A DNA stretch of 63,068 nucleotides, counting the filler, from Reticulomyxa filosa (Eukaryota > Protista > Foraminifera), in assembly GCA_000512085.1 (NCBI GenBank). It is 23 parts of 23 records of this genome, joined end to end, with 100 filler letters (N's around TTAATTAATTAA, not from the genome) between each part and the next. Parts side by side here need not be neighbours in the genome. Positions count along the whole stretch, not along the records: positions 61,534 to 63,068 come from ASPP01040535.1; 22 more parts are not named here. One strand, 5' to 3'. Below the pieces are notes generated by a model. That model worked only from the letters and a program-made list of their open reading frames with translations. It ran no database searches and was not told the DNA's origin. Numbering within the stretch: position 1 is the stretch's first letter; each line of letters begins with the position of its first letter. Shown here one piece after another: positions 61,534 through 63,068 of this stretch. The translations under genes were made by a program, and so were the position numbers.

Positions 61534-63068
61534 TAATGGATGGGACTATTGCAAATGCAAGCCGTTTCGCTGCTGTGCCCAAATTTTAAGCCACATTTTT
61601 CATTACAATTGCCGTATTTTTTCAATGAACAATCCTTACCACACGTATGATCTCTCTGACGACAATCATGAAGGGTTTCATGGCCTGATTGCAATTTACA
61701 CGGCAAAGCATTTTCTTTGGTGTCCGTCTCGCTTTGTTGACAACGACTATACACTTGATCACGTTGATGCGATCCCAAACAATTGTGCTCAACTTCACTA
61801 CTTTGCTGATGAGATTGTTGCAACAAACATAAAAAATCACAATGTTTACATTTGGCCCCACACAACATAAGTAAATTCTTCATTGTCTGTAATTGATTGA
61901 GTGCATTGTCAATGAATGGTTTGATAAATTTAGCCACCACTTCATCTTGAATACGCTTTACACGTTTGTCAGTTGTGTCAATCTTTTGTTCTTGTATATT
62001 ATTATTTCCTCGTAGTGTTTGAAATCCAAATCCATTCAATTCATTGGCAATCCATTTCTCTAAGACCAATTCCCGTCTTAAACAAATCAATTTTAAGAAC
62101 AATTGAAATGCAATGAACCATTGTCTGTGAGTGAAATGGCCTCGTTTGCATTCGGGTATTTGTCTCTCAAATTCACTGCACAAATATTTCAAAATGTTGT
62201 TATGGACTAAATTCAATCCACCATTTGGAATATTGTCCAATATCTTTTCAAACCTCTCTTTCCCTTGCTTTAATTGATCAATTTGTTCAATTACCACTGC
62301 ATTTGACTGCTCATTACTTTGAGAGCAAATATGTTCCAGTTTTTGCAAATGAGCGTTGATTACATCTGAATTTTTTACTTCAATTTTTTCTTTTTTTGTC
62401 AAACTCATAACTTCAATATCCTCATTGATATCAAAGCGTTCCAATGACTCAAATTTTTTGGAGATGGCCAAAGTTCCAAAGTTGATTACACATTCTATAT
62501 ATTGTTGCACTCTCTCCACTGCTGATTTCACAATCTGTTCACTTAAATTCGAGTTCCAATCTTTCATGGTCAACCTTGCCATAATTGCTTTCATATGTCT
62601 CAAGAAGCCAACACCACCATCACCGTGGATTATTGGCAAACTTTCAATCTGTTTTTGCAAGACCAAAAACTTTTTAAAAAATGAATCGTGCATCAATGGT
62701 GGATAAGGTTCAATGTAAATGTTTGTTGGATCTTTGTACATTTGCATTACAAATGACTCTGACTCTCCATTTTTGTCTTTGCTCTCACGACAAAAGGATG
62801 TAATTTTTTTTGAAAATTCAGACATGACTTGTTTAGTGTCTGTAGTTGCGATATCTTTAACAACAATGAGCAAACGGCCTTTGAACAATTTTTCATTAGT
62901 ATCACGTAAAAACTGGACTCCCTTTTGGAATCTCTCAAACATTCTGGCAATATCTTGATCAAAACGATTTTCACATTTGAATACCGTACAATTGGAAATT
63001 GATGCATTGAACACAGACAAAAGGGCATCTTCTTGAGGAGATCGTTCAAATGACCCTAGTCCCTCAAA
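61534..63068 (-). CDS. Large GB1/RHD3-VLIG-like GTPase with Cys/His-rich repeats, internal fragment
   Basis: Open to the window end: FEGLGSFERSPQEDALLSVFNASISN (G3 region), LLIVVKDI (G4 region), helical domain, LCGAKCKHCDFLCLL..HTCGKDC repeats. Confidence 0.75.

Overview
This is not one continuous locus. It is a concatenation of 23 short contigs joined by 22 identical 100-nt artificial linkers (N44-TTAATTAATTAA-N44), so gene adjacency across linkers means nothing. 22 contigs are AT-rich, intron-containing eukaryotic DNA read with the standard code. Their gene families (expanded WD40, Kelch-like, RING/TRAF zinc finger, TPR) strongly suggest a rhizarian protist, most likely the foraminifer Reticulomyxa filosa (inference from family signatures; no search was run). 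One contig (17525-18580) is GC-rich bacterial DNA carrying an aminotransferase end and a PAS sensor. Recognisable eukaryotic genes are ATG4, PTPA, an HSP90 5' end, an NPHP1-domain/EF-hand gene, a GT10 fucosyltransferase, a TRP-like channel, an ICME-like hydrolase, an ANKRD13 last exon, a divergent actin, an apparently catalytically dead asparaginase, a VLIG/GBP-like GTPase and an M14 carboxypeptidase. There are also many WD40/Kelch/TRAF pseudogenes and Tc1 remnants. The best candidate for an undescribed system is a 33-aa module (consensus about EIxxIIxHWIRxLxIKLGWIxDFDKIIxxY), usually on its own 99-nt phase-0 exon and seen 8 times here. It sits N-terminal to WD40 propellers and once at a C-terminus. 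It occupies the position that a RING/TRAF domain holds in the same WD40 subfamily, which suggests a lineage-specific F-box/SOCS-box-like ubiquitin-ligase adaptor repertoire undergoing birth-and-death evolution. Several frameshifts fall in homopolymers and are probably sequencing errors.
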